A stretch of DNA of 61,807 bases, counting the filler, from Choristocarpus tenellus KU-1152 (taxonomy: Eukaryota > Protista > Phaeophyceae): the NCBI GenBank assembly GCA_964200185.2. It is 8 parts of 8 records of this genome, joined end to end, with 100 filler letters (N's around TTAATTAATTAA, not from the genome) between each part and the next. Parts side by side here need not be neighbours in the genome. Positions count along the whole stretch, not along the records: positions 6,121 to 16,585 come from CAXNAD020002915.1; positions 16,686 to 24,154 come from CAXNAD020006107.1; positions 24,255 to 27,152 come from CAXNAD020023805.1; 5 more parts are not named here. One strand, given 5' to 3'. The position numbers and the translations under genes are program-made. The stretch's first letter is position 1; each line of letters opens with the position of its first letter. This document shows, piece after piece, positions 12,801-24,810 of the stretch. The notes under the pieces are model-generated. The model worked only from the letters and a program-made list of their open reading frames with translations. It made no database searches and had not been told where the DNA came from.

Positions 12801-15800
12801 AGAAATACTGAGTATCAACCAGTAGACATTGCTCAGTCATGAGCAGAAGGAGGGCCCAGCACCCACCCACACATACAGATGAGTAGTCTGTGAAAACCGA
12901 TCAACTTAATCCTGACCTTTGTTATCCTATCCCTCATCGTTGCATTAATGTTGACCTCAAGTGGAGAGCCAGGAAAAATGTACATTTCCACCATCTTCCT
13001 CATTGCAGGAAAACGCTCCCCTGAAATTTGACACCTGCACTGCCTCCTGTATTTGTACACCTACCAATCACAAAGAGCAATCACCCACAGGAATGGGGAA
13101 GGGTAAATGTGTGACTTTCAAATGTACCTGATAAATGGAAATGTCTTGGTCTGCAAAAGTGTGTTTAATGAATAATTGTGTATATTGCAATACATGGGTC
13201 CATTGACCACATCCCCTAATGCTCAGGAATGTATTTTAAATAATAGCAGCAACTACTGATGATCTGGGAAGAAGTGTCAACAATTTGCCAACAATTCAAC
13301 CCTTCATTCTTCTCATGTACAGCTTTGAGCACGGTTTCATTTTCAGTGCATTCCATTGAAATATATTGTAGCATCGAAATCGCCAACCAAGAAACAATGC
13401 ATCTTCCATTATATTTTAGAAGTGCTGTTGCAATATACTTGAACCAAAAGCACAGCTGAAGAGGAGGTATTGTACCAGGTGGCAACTGGAGCTCTAGCAT
13501 TCTTACACTGAAGAAATTACCAACCAAATATGGTCAATGGAATATTGGTCTTAGCTATTGTCAGTGATATACTTGATACTGTCATACCATCCCGAGAACT
13601 CACATATTCTTCTCCACAAAAACATGGGATTTCTCAGATTTAGTGAGCAGTCCGTCCAAGAACTGGCCCCACATACTTCACTGACCATCGTAAGTTAGTC
13701 ACCCCAATACAATTTACTGCTGGTGCAATTCCGACCCACAAAAGATATCCATATCAACGGCTGCTACCGCTCTACCGTTTCCACAGAATGAGGGTCACCA
13801 ACCCAAGCATCCGTTTCATCTATTGTGTCAGAACCGCCTTTCTTCATTCTAAGGGCTATGTTTTGGTTCACGGAAGTCAGAGGAAGCCAGCATGCTCCAA
13901 GGTAACGAAATACATCAAGGCAGCCACCAAATAGGCTAGTCTAGAAGTCAGTTCAAACCTTGACCCATACAGAAAACCGGAGTACACCACATGCACACCG
14001 TTAGTACGAACCAAGTAGCTTCATTGGCACCACAGCAGATAAATGGTGCATCAATGTTATCACTTTTCACACTAGAGGGATGATCAATAAGCAGCAGCCA
14101 TGAACAAACTACTTGAATTTGATATTCTATGAGTACCAAAATATAAGTGTGACAGCCTCCCAGTCACTAAAGTAAAATGAATGGATATTGAAATTGGATG
14201 TCCACCGTGACTGTTGGAAAGGCTTTGGTTACGACACACTGCGATGTGCATTCTCTTCTCTTGCTTCACAAGTAAACGATTGTTTTAATCTGTACGTAAG
14301 CGAAATAGTCATTTTATGAAGACATATTTTCCTCCCTTGCTTGGATGGTCTACCCACACACCTCTTTCACAAAGTCATAAGACTCAGAGCAGAGGTGAGC
14401 TTCCACATAATTCTCAAAAGCTGCATCAAATTTTGGATCAGTACATATCTTGCAGACGTCTCCCCACCTGGTCAGGAAATTGTAACAGCAGTTCAGTCCG
14501 TGGTGAATGGTTCTGCCTGCAATTCCGAATAGAATCATATTCACTCTTTCATTTGCTCTATCTAGCAATAGGGGCAGCCCTAGCAACTTCAGACATTGAG
14601 TTTAGCTCGATTAGATTGCAAGGCCTGTCAAGAAATTCCATGCAGTGATCTCCTGGCCACCTTCCATTGCTGACAGAAATAATGTGCACAAAATGCAAAG
14701 TGTCTGATCAAGTACCTCAAATCTCCAGCAGGAGCAGTGTTTGAAAACATTCAAGATCACACATTTTGTTTTATGTTCGCTTGTGATCCACAAGCACATT
14801 CTTACGCATGCATATAGCTAGTACATGCTGGGAGTGTACATGGCAACCTATTGCCAAGTGCCCTAACCAAGATTGGTTTCCATAATTGAGGAAAATAGAA
14901 GTTGGGTCCCAGCCGCTGACTTGGATATCTGCAACAGAAGAGAGAATCAGGGGGGAAATGTTGCCCACATCGTTTTCCATTCCATCCGGCAATTCTTTGT
15001 AGTCCCATCTTATCCCATCTTCATCCACGATACGGTGATGTTGGTTTCTGAATATGATATTTCTTCGTATGATATGATTTTCTTTTGTAAGGGTCAATCA
15101 CGAACCTTTCAAACAAAGATGTGTATTGTGAAGGGGGAGGGTAAGTGAAGGTTTCAGTGCAATTGTTAGATCAATGGTTGGGATTCACTTAGGGTTAGGA
15201 GTGAAACTATTTTAGAGGGTACGACTTTGCCCTATTTGTCCATTTGGGCTTGGCTCCCCATGGGTCTTTTTTCGACATTTTCCTACTCCAAAGTATTTTG
15301 GAGTAGGTAAAATGTGTATGTTATGAAAAGGTGTGTCTGGAACAAGGATATTGACACTTCTTAACAAACAAGATAGACAATTTTTCATCAAAATCGCAAC
15401 AATGGATTTTGGTCCCCAAATGGACGCAGTCAAGATATTTTGGCTCCAGAGTAATTGCAGTTTTAGTAACCTAGGCTTTGACAACAGGTCCACACGAGAT
15501 TTGTGATCGGCTGAGGTCTCTCTTGATTGGTTTGAAAGGGTATCTACCTGATCAGGCTACACATATTCCAGCAAGATCAATAGGAGGAACAGTGCAGCAT
15601 CAAGCCATTTTTGCAGTTCTCTGTGCAGGCATGAAAGGTTGATGTTTAAATGACTATCAATGATACAAACTGTACAAGATTGTAGGTACCTTATTCTTGC
15701 ATTCTTGATCACCAGCACTCACGTGAAGATATTGCAGATGGCGATGACTACGCTAACCGTGAAAGACAATTGCTGAGGTAGTGTTGCCAAATGAAACCAA

Positions 15801-16466
15801 CCAAGGATAAGGTAGATATTGTAGAACCCTGAGATAGTAGAGCAATATCACGGGAGAGGAAGAGAGGGGTATGTTTCAGTGCTGGAATTGCTTTGGCAAG
15901 GCAGGTGTAACTATAATTGTAAGATGCTGAAGAGTGTGTGATACAGTTGAAGATGCATATGTCGATGTGGAGTTCTGCAAAGCACAATTCAAACCCTGAA
16001 GGAGTCCTACACTGAACTAGAATGTCTCAGTTCTCACTTCCATAGCAACCCTACTGTCAATGCCAAGACAGAGAGGTATAGAGCATGCTCCAATTAGAAG
16101 TATATTCACCAACAAAACCACCTATATGTAACTTTGACCCAACAACTAAAATTTTCCCTGCAACCTCCCCTATACCCCCAACGTTGGCATCACATTGTAT
16201 CAATGAACTAATTCATCATCGTGCAGTTCTAAGAATCTATCATATGGTATGATACAGGCTTGACTTGAGTCTCATGTTTAAAACACCAGGACATGAGACC
16301 CCAATTTGGGTAGCGTTGTCATCCGATTTTTCGTGAAAATTGAAGACGTGCAGCTCAGCTAAACCAGTGGACTGCATGTATTTATTGTTACCATCTTTGA
16401 AATGTTCTTCACCACATCGACCTCAAAGTGTAGCCTAGACTGCTGTGATTCCACGTCTCTTCTGAC
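9877..16466 (-). CDS. RGS (regulator of G-protein signalling) domain protein with upstream hydrophobic helices; candidate 7TM-RGS; 5' part missing
   Basis: Exons 14467-14362 (WGDVCKICTDPKFDAAFENYVEAHLCSESYDFVKE), 13060-12917 (VYKYRRQ...VEMYIFPGSPLEVNINATMRDRITK) and 10546-10390 (SADLASFTSLSLDGQMDLFCEAEGEVRRMLEQNLLATFLDSP) splice in phase into a complete RGS motif set. Upstream candidate exons near 16400-16466, 16040-16120 (VVLLVNILLIGACSIPLCLGI), 15720-15830 and 14920-15047 are less certain. The last exon (~10065-9877) is tentative. Confidence 0.8.
12492..12719 (+). mobile_element. MITE family A (in RGS gene intron)
   Basis: Both TIRs; TSD gct/gct; internal deletions. Confidence 0.88.
15199..15446 (-). 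mobile_element. MITE family A
   Basis: Inverted copy; flanks tag/cag; abuts ttagggttag. Confidence 0.88.
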
Positions 16467-16516
16467 CTGTGCAAACAAATACTTCAACAAGTCACATCCG
16501 ATAAATCTCAATAATT

Positions 16517-16585
16517 GGCTCAAAGTATCTGGGAGGGGGTGGCGGCTGTCCATTTGGGGTCAATTTTTTCATGTCGCGATTTTTA
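16517..16585 (-). mobile_element. MITE family B, cut by gap
   Basis: ggctcaaagtatctgggagggggtggcggctgtccatttgggg... Confidence 0.8.
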
Positions 16586-17659
16586 NNNNNNNNNNNNNNN
16601 NNNNNNNNNNNNNNNNNNNNNNNNNNNNNTTAATTAATTAANNNNNNNNNNNNNNNNNNNNNNNNNNNNNNNNNNNNNNNNNNNNTTCATTACGAAGAAC
16701 CTGTCGACTGTTTCCACCTGTTTCACACAGAGGGCATAATAATAAATATACTCATATACTCATTATACTCATTTCTCTAGGGCTAATAACGACATATATA
16801 TAGTTTAGATTGGTTTCCCCCCTGACACATCTGCAAAAAGTCAGAGGGCATAATAATAAATAATATATTGAGTATATATGTCGTACTAATGAGGAAATGC
16901 GCGCAGTCATACACATATGCGCGCGCCACCATTTGTTATTGAGCCAAACCTAGGCGACGTGGTGTGAGTCAGAAGACTGACTCACAGTTATTAACCCCAA
17001 CATGAACGATGGATTCAGACAAGCAAAAGTCCCATTTTGTATTCTCTGCTCTTTGACTGGTCGCAACCAATCACAGTGAAGATTGATCCACTTAACACTC
17101 TGTGGTTATTAACATACACCCAGCATCATCTTCTTTCACTTCTTTTCTGAACCTCATCTCCAGTGCTTCTCATTACCCCCCATCATGAATTTAACGAGTT
17201 TCAAATCCCTTCGACAGAAGACTTCTTATCACAATAATATGGTTCCGAATAACCTAATCTACGAATTGTACATCTATACCACCCTGTCCTGTGCTATTAC
17301 ACCAAATCGCCGGAACAAGATCAAGGTAAAAAAACTTTTTGGCGGCCCAAGTAAAATGACTCGAGCGAGGAGACAGAACAATGGGTGGTGGGAGTGCTGA
17401 ACCAAACGCGAGAGAAACAAGTCAGGAACCGAGACAGTACAATTACTCGTGGCGCAACAGTTAGTCGAGTAGTTGTGCAGTGTGTAGTAGTACCTCTGAC
17501 AGCAGGCCAGGAACGTCCAACAATAATGTGCGACAAGTAATAAATAATAAATAATATTGAGTTAACCGCCATCTCCAACAATAATCATCAAACAACTGTG
17601 TCATTGGTGCTACAGGAGGCCTGGATACATCACCACTATGAGGGATCTTGTCATCTTCG

Positions 17660-17900
17660 TAATTTTATGGTAAACACCGCTTCGCAGTGGAAAGTGTTTG
17701 GGACTCTAGGCTCACAGGCAGGGCAATTAATTTCCTAAATGAGCTGGCGACTCATTTAGTTGGTGGTAGGGGAGCTGAGGATTTTCGTTGGAAGGATGGA
17801 GGAGTGAAGGCACGCCTGGGACAGATTGCGTCAGTACCTGCATAATTAGCAATCTTCAGGAGTGTAGTGCAAATTGAGCTGGAGACCCCAAGTTGGTGGA
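17660..17900 (+). mobile_element. 3' remnant of a restriction-like-endonuclease (CRE-clade-like) non-LTR retrotransposon
   Basis: FAVESVWDSRLTGRAINFLNELATHLVGG...VKARLGQIASVPA*LAIFRSV resembles, from memory, the F-x-x-E-S/T-x-G...FL..LA...QI.SV..Q.AI C-terminus of CRE-type elements. Confidence 0.45.
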
Positions 17901-18139
17901 CTAGACAGGGCTTGACCGACTCATGGGACTCTTCCCTTGTTTATAGACCGCCATTATAGCGCTAGTTAGGAGCAGTTTCAGTTGTTATTGTATTTGGATT
18001 GTCTAACAATTAATCTATCAAGTTTTCTTTATTTTTTTGTCATCTTGTTATCATATTTTCCTGCTTTCAAATACACTGTAACTCTTGTTAGTGGTGTATC
18101 GCATGGACTTTCCTGCAAGAAATTACAGACTCGATTGTT

Positions 18140-18373
18140 GAGCCAAACCAATTGAGAGGTAGGCAGGTTTGGACCCTTTTGCATTCAGTGCACTCTATTT
18201 TATTGCTTTATGCGCACAAAAGTGTACTCAAAATTGATATTCCCTCTCTCCACACACAAGATGACACCACAGCTACGCCAGGGCTTCTTTCGCTATTGTA
18301 CGAATTTTTTATTTTTACCCTTGCTTGGGATCCTTAAGAGGCAACCCTGCTTACCTCTCGATTGGTTTGGCTC
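18140..18373 (+). mobile_element. MITE family C
   Basis: gagccaaaccaattgagaggtaggcagg ... cctgcttacctctcgattggtttggctc. Confidence 0.88.
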
Positions 18374-18740
18374 TGTTGTCGCGTTTGTTGTATTCTTTAC
18401 ATTGATATTTCTAAATATTCCCTTCACCACAACATCTATCTACCAAAAGTATTTGAGTATATTAATGTACGATTTGGGGCAAGTACTTAAAGTATGTTTA
18501 CGTTGTAAGAGATGTATTCAAACAAGAAATACATGATTTTGAGCAACTTGTCGTACTTCTAGGGAAATTTTTCGTCTTGGATTTGCCCCCCCGCCCTTTT
18601 ACTAACGTTTACCTCTCTCTTTTTTACATATCCGGTATTTTCCCTACCACTTTCTCGGAGATCCTTTGATGATCTTGAACACTTTCTTGACAGTTTGTTG
18701 GACAATTTGGCCATAGCATCTGTGTATATATTTCCATTAC

Positions 18741-18980
18741 GAGTCGAACCAATTGAGATGTAGGCAGGTGTGGACCCTTTTACACTCGAAGTCATATGTA
18801 TTTGCCCTGTGATATACACTCTACTTCGTTGAAATCGATATCCCCCCTTCCCATACACAGAGTGACACGACAATTCAGCAGCGCCTCTTAATGCAGTTGT
18901 AGAAAATGACATACTTTTGCCCTTTTTTTAGGATCCTTAAAATGCAATCCTGCCAACCTCTCAGTTGGTGATTGTAGACT
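18741..18980 (+). mobile_element. MITE family C
   Basis: Left TIR clear; right TIR decayed after cctgccaacctctcagttggt. Confidence 0.78.
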
Positions 18981-19237
18981 GTGAGTTTGTTTTTTTTAGG
19001 TTGTAGTTGATTTGTTGTTGTAAAATATGGTACGATGCTTTGTGGATTATATCGAAGGTAGCATAACACTGTATGTGATGAATAGTGGGTTCGTATGTAG
19101 GACCCACATTCCTGCAATCTTCATGATATACCTCATACCAGGTCAAAACCATGAATCACCCCTGTGCACTAGCCCTACTGTGGTGTGGCAACCTCCCCAA
19201 GGGTCAAATCTACAATCATGGTACCTGCAGTGATTGA

Positions 19238-19496
19238 CAGTCAAAGTATCTTAGAGGGTAGAGCTGCGTCCATTTGAGGTCCAAAATCCAATGTTGCAAT
19301 TTGGATGTAATTTTGGCTATCGTGTTTGTTAGAAGATGTCAATATCCTTGTTCCAGACACACTTCTTCATAACATATACATTTTACCTACTCTGAAACAT
19401 TTTGGAGTAGGTAAAATGTTATAAAAAATCCGAGGGAGGCCAAGCCCCAAATGGACAAACATAGAAAAACTCATATCCCTTAAGATACTTTCACTC
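19238..19496 (+). mobile_element. MITE family A
   Basis: Full copy; flanks tga/tca. Confidence 0.9.
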
Positions 19497-19699
19497 TCAG
19501 TCCTCCCATTTTGTAGTGCCACTTGAGCATATGCATTATGTCCAGTTTGACATGGGTTAGCATCAGTATTTTCGCCCTGGCTGCACAAGAAGTTCCAATA
19601 ATCGAAGGCAACAATCCCTTCCCATCAATGTGCAGAACGCGTCTCATTGTTATTCAAGTAGGGCGTTGTTCACTGACACGGCTTGCTCCTTCGTTAAAT

Positions 19700-19956
19700 G
19701 AGTGAAATTATCTTAGAGGGTACGAATTTTGCCCCGGTTGTCCATTGTGGCTTGGCTTCCCACAGGTTTTTATTGATATTTTACCTACTCCGAAACATTT
19801 CGGAGTAGGTGAAATGTATACGTTATGAAAAGGTGTGTCCGAACAAGGATATTGACGCTTCCTAACAAAGACGAAAGTCCAAATTACACCAAAATCGCAA
19901 CATTTGGTTTTGGTCCCCGAATGGACGCGGCTCTACCCTATAAGATACTTTGACTC
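19700..19956 (-). mobile_element. MITE family A
   Basis: Inverted full copy, 203 bp from the previous copy. Confidence 0.9.
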
Positions 19957-20263
19957 GAATCTCGGGCGTTCCCCACGAGTTCAAGAAAAGTTTTATGTCT
20001 TACTATATTTTTATTATTATGCCCTCTGACATTTTTGCAGATGTGTCAGGGGGAGACCAATGAAAACTATACATATGTCGTTATTTGCCCTAAAGAAATA
20101 AAATGCTATACCACACCCACAAGATTCCCTTTAATTGAATTCCAAGCCAATTGATAATTGGAAATGATTATGTGGGACCTCCTCTTGTCCACCTGGAGAC
20201 CTCTAGGGCAACCGTATACTAAGGATGTCTAGAACCATTCCGAAATATAATTATTATTGTATT

Positions 20264-20863
20264 TCCGAAGTCCAGAAACAGCAAAAATTCTACGGAGATT
20301 CGAAAATGTTCCTGGAATGCACCTTATCATTCGGAATCTAATTTTATTCCACCGCATGTAATGCGCTACAATATGCAACCAAATGAGTCTGTAGAGGACC
20401 TGTCAGCACTAACACCCACTTTCTCTACAAAAGTTTACTCTCCAAGTTCTCTAGATTTTTTTTACTCCAAAGAATAAGCTAACGATGCCCGAACATGTAC
20501 TCTGATCTCTGGCTTCAGCAAATATCCTCTATTGATTCTAGTTAAGTCCAGGTCAGAGAACCATTCATACTACTTCTATTTTAGAATTCAATTTTATTTT
20601 ATTTTATCAATGATTCGTCAACGCAACATGTCATTCAAATGACTCCAAGTCCAACACCCTGGTCAGCACATCAGCATGTTGGTACTTAGTCTCCACGTAC
20701 ATGACTACATAATGTGTGTCTTGGAAGTCTAGATACAGCAAACATTAGAAGGGGATCTGGAAACGCTCCTGGAATGCACCGCGTCATTCGAAATTTTAAT
20801 GTTTCACCGCAAGTAATGTACTAAAATAAACCCACTAATAGGTCCGCAGAGCATCTCTCAACT
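20264..20863. repeat. Diverged ~145-bp direct repeat pair (20264-20410 / 20721-20863)
   Basis: Shared gaagtc.aga.acagcaaa, tcctggaatgcacc, tcattcg and tcaccgca.gtaatg blocks. Confidence 0.7.
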
Positions 20864-22198
20864 CGAACAATGGTGTCATACCTTCCAATGTATGGCGTAG
20901 TCTATAAAAAAAACTGTATACCCAGATCCATGAATGTGTTACCAGGACAACTCAACCAAACCATCAACAGCATGGATCCCTCCGTTCTTGTTCTGGTTTT
21001 GTATGTTGCTGAACTATCATCACCCCTAATTGGATTGTGTTTGTAGGAAAGGGTTGATACTGGCTGTAGAGAATTAGTTCAAATAAGCTGTACTTGGAAG
21101 TACGATAAGATAAAGAATGTTGTGTTAGTAAGTATATATGAGTTAGGACAAGGATTCCTGCACACCCTATAATGAATGGATAACATTATTTGGACCTTGA
21201 TGGGAAAGGAGTACACATCAACAACTGTAACCACCGCCTTGTCTAATATGTTGCCCTCTTTGCCCACCCAATTCTCGTCCTCTTTTGACCATACCTTGCG
21301 CACTCCTCACCCGTCTTAGATTTGCCATAAATTTCATTCTCTCTGACCACAATATCCTACTTTGTTGTGCACCAGGAACGAGTCGACCAGAGGAGAAATA
21401 TACCTTCATATATGTTAGTTTCTCCACAAATAGAAGAAACTTTTTAGGGCTGTCAAAGTTCTTGTAAAGAACATAGAACAACAATCAAGAAAGTTTAAAA
21501 TGGAAAAGACACCCAAAAGTCTGGAATCACTACTTTTTTTAAGTTTTTCCATTTTTCGGCATTTCGAGACAACCAAAACCCTAACGGGATCTTGGGAAAG
21601 AATAGATGAGAAGCGGTAACACCAGTGCGTCTGAATACCGCCAGATGTGGCGGGAATGCAGACCCCCCACAAAAAAGCGAAAACTGGAACATTTAATTTT
21701 TAACCAAGATTTTACAGTAAACTCTAACCCTACAGGGGATAGGGGATGATCGTCACCTCTTCATCGTTAGGGTTTTCTCGAGCTACGAAAATCTTCGTCT
21801 CATGTCCTATTTTTACCCACTATTGTTCTGGTCAGGAAAAAAAAAAAACATATGAAGTTCTAATGGCTGTTCCCCTATGTTGCATCAGGGGAGTGTCTTA
21901 CATGAATTAGTGATGTTGCTTTTGCTGACGAATCATGATTTAACTCAATTGTGCAGTACAGACCGGTACATAATATGTGTACGTACAAATATTTCTAGGT
22001 CAATGTCGAAGGAGTGGTAAAGATGTATAACTATCAAGTTGTCGATATATGCCCCTGTTAGTTACCGTGTATATTTGATTTGTAGATACAACTCACCATC
22101 TTTCTGAAAATATATAGCTGATTTGGTTAAGTGTATAGCGAAGACAATTGTGTATTCGTGACTTGTCCCAGCCTTATCTTGATACATAAGTCTTTCTA

Positions 22199-22400
22199 TC
22201 TGAATTGATTGGAAACAGCAATCGTTTGCAAATCTTACCTTCTGATTCAATAGGAAACAGTAATTGTGTAAAAATGTTATCTTGCGATTGAATGGGAAAT
22301 AGCAATGGTGTAAAAATCTTACGTTCTGATTTAATATGAAACAACGATCTTGTACTTCAAGTACAAATTAGATTGATGGCAAACAATAATTGTGTACAAC
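22199..22400. repeat. Degenerate ~42-bp minisatellite, 4-5 units
   Basis: Recurring tctgatt.aat.ggaaacag.aat.gtgtaaaaatcttac. Confidence 0.7.
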
Positions 22401-23194
22401 CGTAACAGCACTTGTTACAAACCCAATTGATCCCCACAAGAACACTTCCACAAACCATCTTCAATGTGCAAATACATGTTAAGAAATCTCTGTTACATAC
22501 ATCTAAGTGTATGGTTTGAGTGAAATCTCAAAATCCAGTGCCAACTCCTATTTTTGCAATATTTTGCAATTCACCCATATTTCTATGTATGAAGGTCTAA
22601 ATTTGATTTGAGAGCGTTCATTGCTCAACTGTTTTTTATCTTTCCGACACAGTTCAGAAAATGTCCTACACACATTTCCACAAAAAATATTAATTTTGGA
22701 CATAATAGTAATCCTTAAAATCAACTCCAGGTACCTATCATTTACTTTGACTCCACGTACAAATATTTGTGGGTAGAACTAGTTCTCTAGGAAACGTGTA
22801 CACAAATATTTGGGGGCGCAACTTCGTCTCTTGGAAACATGGACGACAGTTTGTTTTTGTTAGCGGTACAAAAATATGTTGAGTTAAGTCCTTTAACTTT
22901 GATTTTGTGGTTGTGAGGACAAAATGCAGTGGTTGATTAGTCCACGTCCCACTAGGTTGTTGGAAGAATTGTTCCTCTCAATTCTCAGATATATTAAGGG
23001 GTATAAATGACTTGAGATCAACAACTGAAATAGTTATCTCCTAAATATCTGAAGGGATGTGCCCCAACTTGCATAAATCAAATTTATAACAGGAACAGTC
23101 ACTGATTTGCCATAAATTGATTTGTACGCTACAAGTCAGATTTGCCTTGACCAATGTGAAGAAGGATGCTCATCCAACCGTGTGTTAGTAGCAG

Positions 23195-23437
23195 AGGGAG
23201 AGTGGTGAAAATACTCTGGACGCTTGTGTAACTGAATGGTTGTGTAATCGAAGAATAGATTATCTTACCCCCACCTGTGGTTATGATAGTTGTAATAGTA
23301 CTTTGTGTAATCAATATAAGGATAGGCACCAAGAGGGCTTCGTTGAGGAGAAACCTGCCCTGGCCTTGAAGACTTTGTTAGGAGGGAATTCTTCTGAGGA
23401 CCCTAACTACTTGCATGTTCCTGATTGTGTGGCATGA
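23195..23437 (+). CDS. Possible terminal exon of an unknown Cys-containing protein
   Basis: cag acceptor then ~80 open codons (RESGENTLDACVTEWLCNRRIDYLTPTCGYDSCNSTLCNQ...) to TGA; no recognisable domain and no partner exons found. Confidence 0.2.
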   Translation, partial: RESGENTLDACVTEWLCNRRIDYLTPTCGYDSCNSTLCNQYKDRHQEGFVEEKPALALKTLLGGNSSEDPNYLHVPDCVA

Positions 23438-24050
23438 TTCAGAAGTTAGACTGCGGTGTGTTTCTGTAGCACTTTGTTCTACATTCTTGTCATAGTATAT
23501 TCGAGTGATAATGTAATTGCTTTTAATATATTTCAGGTGTTTGGAACGGTGTGACATCTGGATTTTCATCTGTCTGTCAAATGGATTGTACAATGGGCAG
23601 TTGCATGGCAGGATATTCTGGACTTGCAAGTATGATAGCACTGACTTTTAGTTGTGATTGGTGATGGATGGATTGTCTACCCGTGCGACAAACAACCTTT
23701 CCTTTTTGTATTGTTAAAGTTCGTTCGGTAAGGGTCCACTATGGTTGCCTGCATGCATTTGTTCTACCTGCCATGAGATGTGATACCTACCCGCAATTTG
23801 ATGTGTGTTCAGATCAAGATTCGAAATTCATACAGCCAGGGAAACTTTGATGGCACATGCCTCATCTGACTTGGAAAAATTAGGGTTACGTGGCTTACAG
23901 GACTAGGGTGTGTGCAATTGTCCTATCTTGTTGGATTTTAATCTCTTCATATTTGTTTGGCTGTTTATCCATTGAAGTGAGTAATTTCCCCTCTCGAATT
24001 TAGCTGTGATAGTTCTCGATGGTAGTGGATCTTGGAGGATACAAAAACTA

Positions 24051-24270
24051 GGGTCAAAGTATCTTGGGGGGGGGGGGGGGTTTGTGGGGCCGTCCGTTTC
24101 AGTCAAACAACGTTTTTTTTTGCTGACATTTTAAATCCGACAGCTGCGACCGAANNNNNNNNNNNNNNNNNNNNNNNNNNNNNNNNNNNNNNNNNNNNTT
24201 AATTAATTAANNNNNNNNNNNNNNNNNNNNNNNNNNNNNNNNNNNNNNNNNNNNCCCCCAGATACTTTGT
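24051..24270. mobile_element. MITE family B-type termini on both sides of a gap (variant interior)
   Basis: gggtcaaagtatctt(G)n before the gap; (C)n-agatactttg after it. Confidence 0.65.
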
Positions 24271-24498
24271 GTGTTCTCAAGCCACGGAATCAGTGGGCAT
24301 CATGCTAAACTGCTCACCCCCGATTTTGTACTTTGCGGAAGTCAGGAATTTGCCAGACTAGCGAAGGGCAACCTTCCAAACAAAAGGCTTCTATAAAAAA
24401 AACTGTTTGAGTTCGAACCCTCAAACTCTGTTCATGGATCAGCCTCCATTGAGCATGAGCCTTGATGACACTTAGAAAAAGTATTAATTAGGGATAGG

Positions 24499-24530
<32 letters not shown>

Positions 24531-24534
<4 letters not shown>

Positions 24535-24810
24535 AGGCTTTGCCCTATACCATACGCCTTTTATCATACTACGTAGTATATCTTCTTCTTTTACCCTTCA
24601 TAACTTCTTCGAAAAGTCAGTGGGCATATTAATATTTCGCCCAAGACAACAGACAGGTAGATGGTCAATGGACATATTAATATTTCGCCCAAGGACAACA
24701 GACAGACAGGTAGGTATATGTTGTAGGGTTTGCCTTACACCATACGACTTACATCATACTACAATCCTATACTGACTACCTGCCACACCCAAGACAACAG
24801 ACAGGTAGAT
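24531..24810. repeat. Interleaved direct repeats following a (TA)n tract
   Basis: ttgtagg.tttgcc.ta.accatacg...atcatactac x2; cccaagacaacagacaggtag x3. Confidence 0.7.

Larger units (their letters stand above)
16771..20099. repeat. ~95-bp inverted repeat pair (16771-16866 / 20003-20099)
   Basis: Arms share ccccctgacacatctgcaaaaa-gtcagagggcataataataaa in opposite orientations. Confidence 0.8.
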
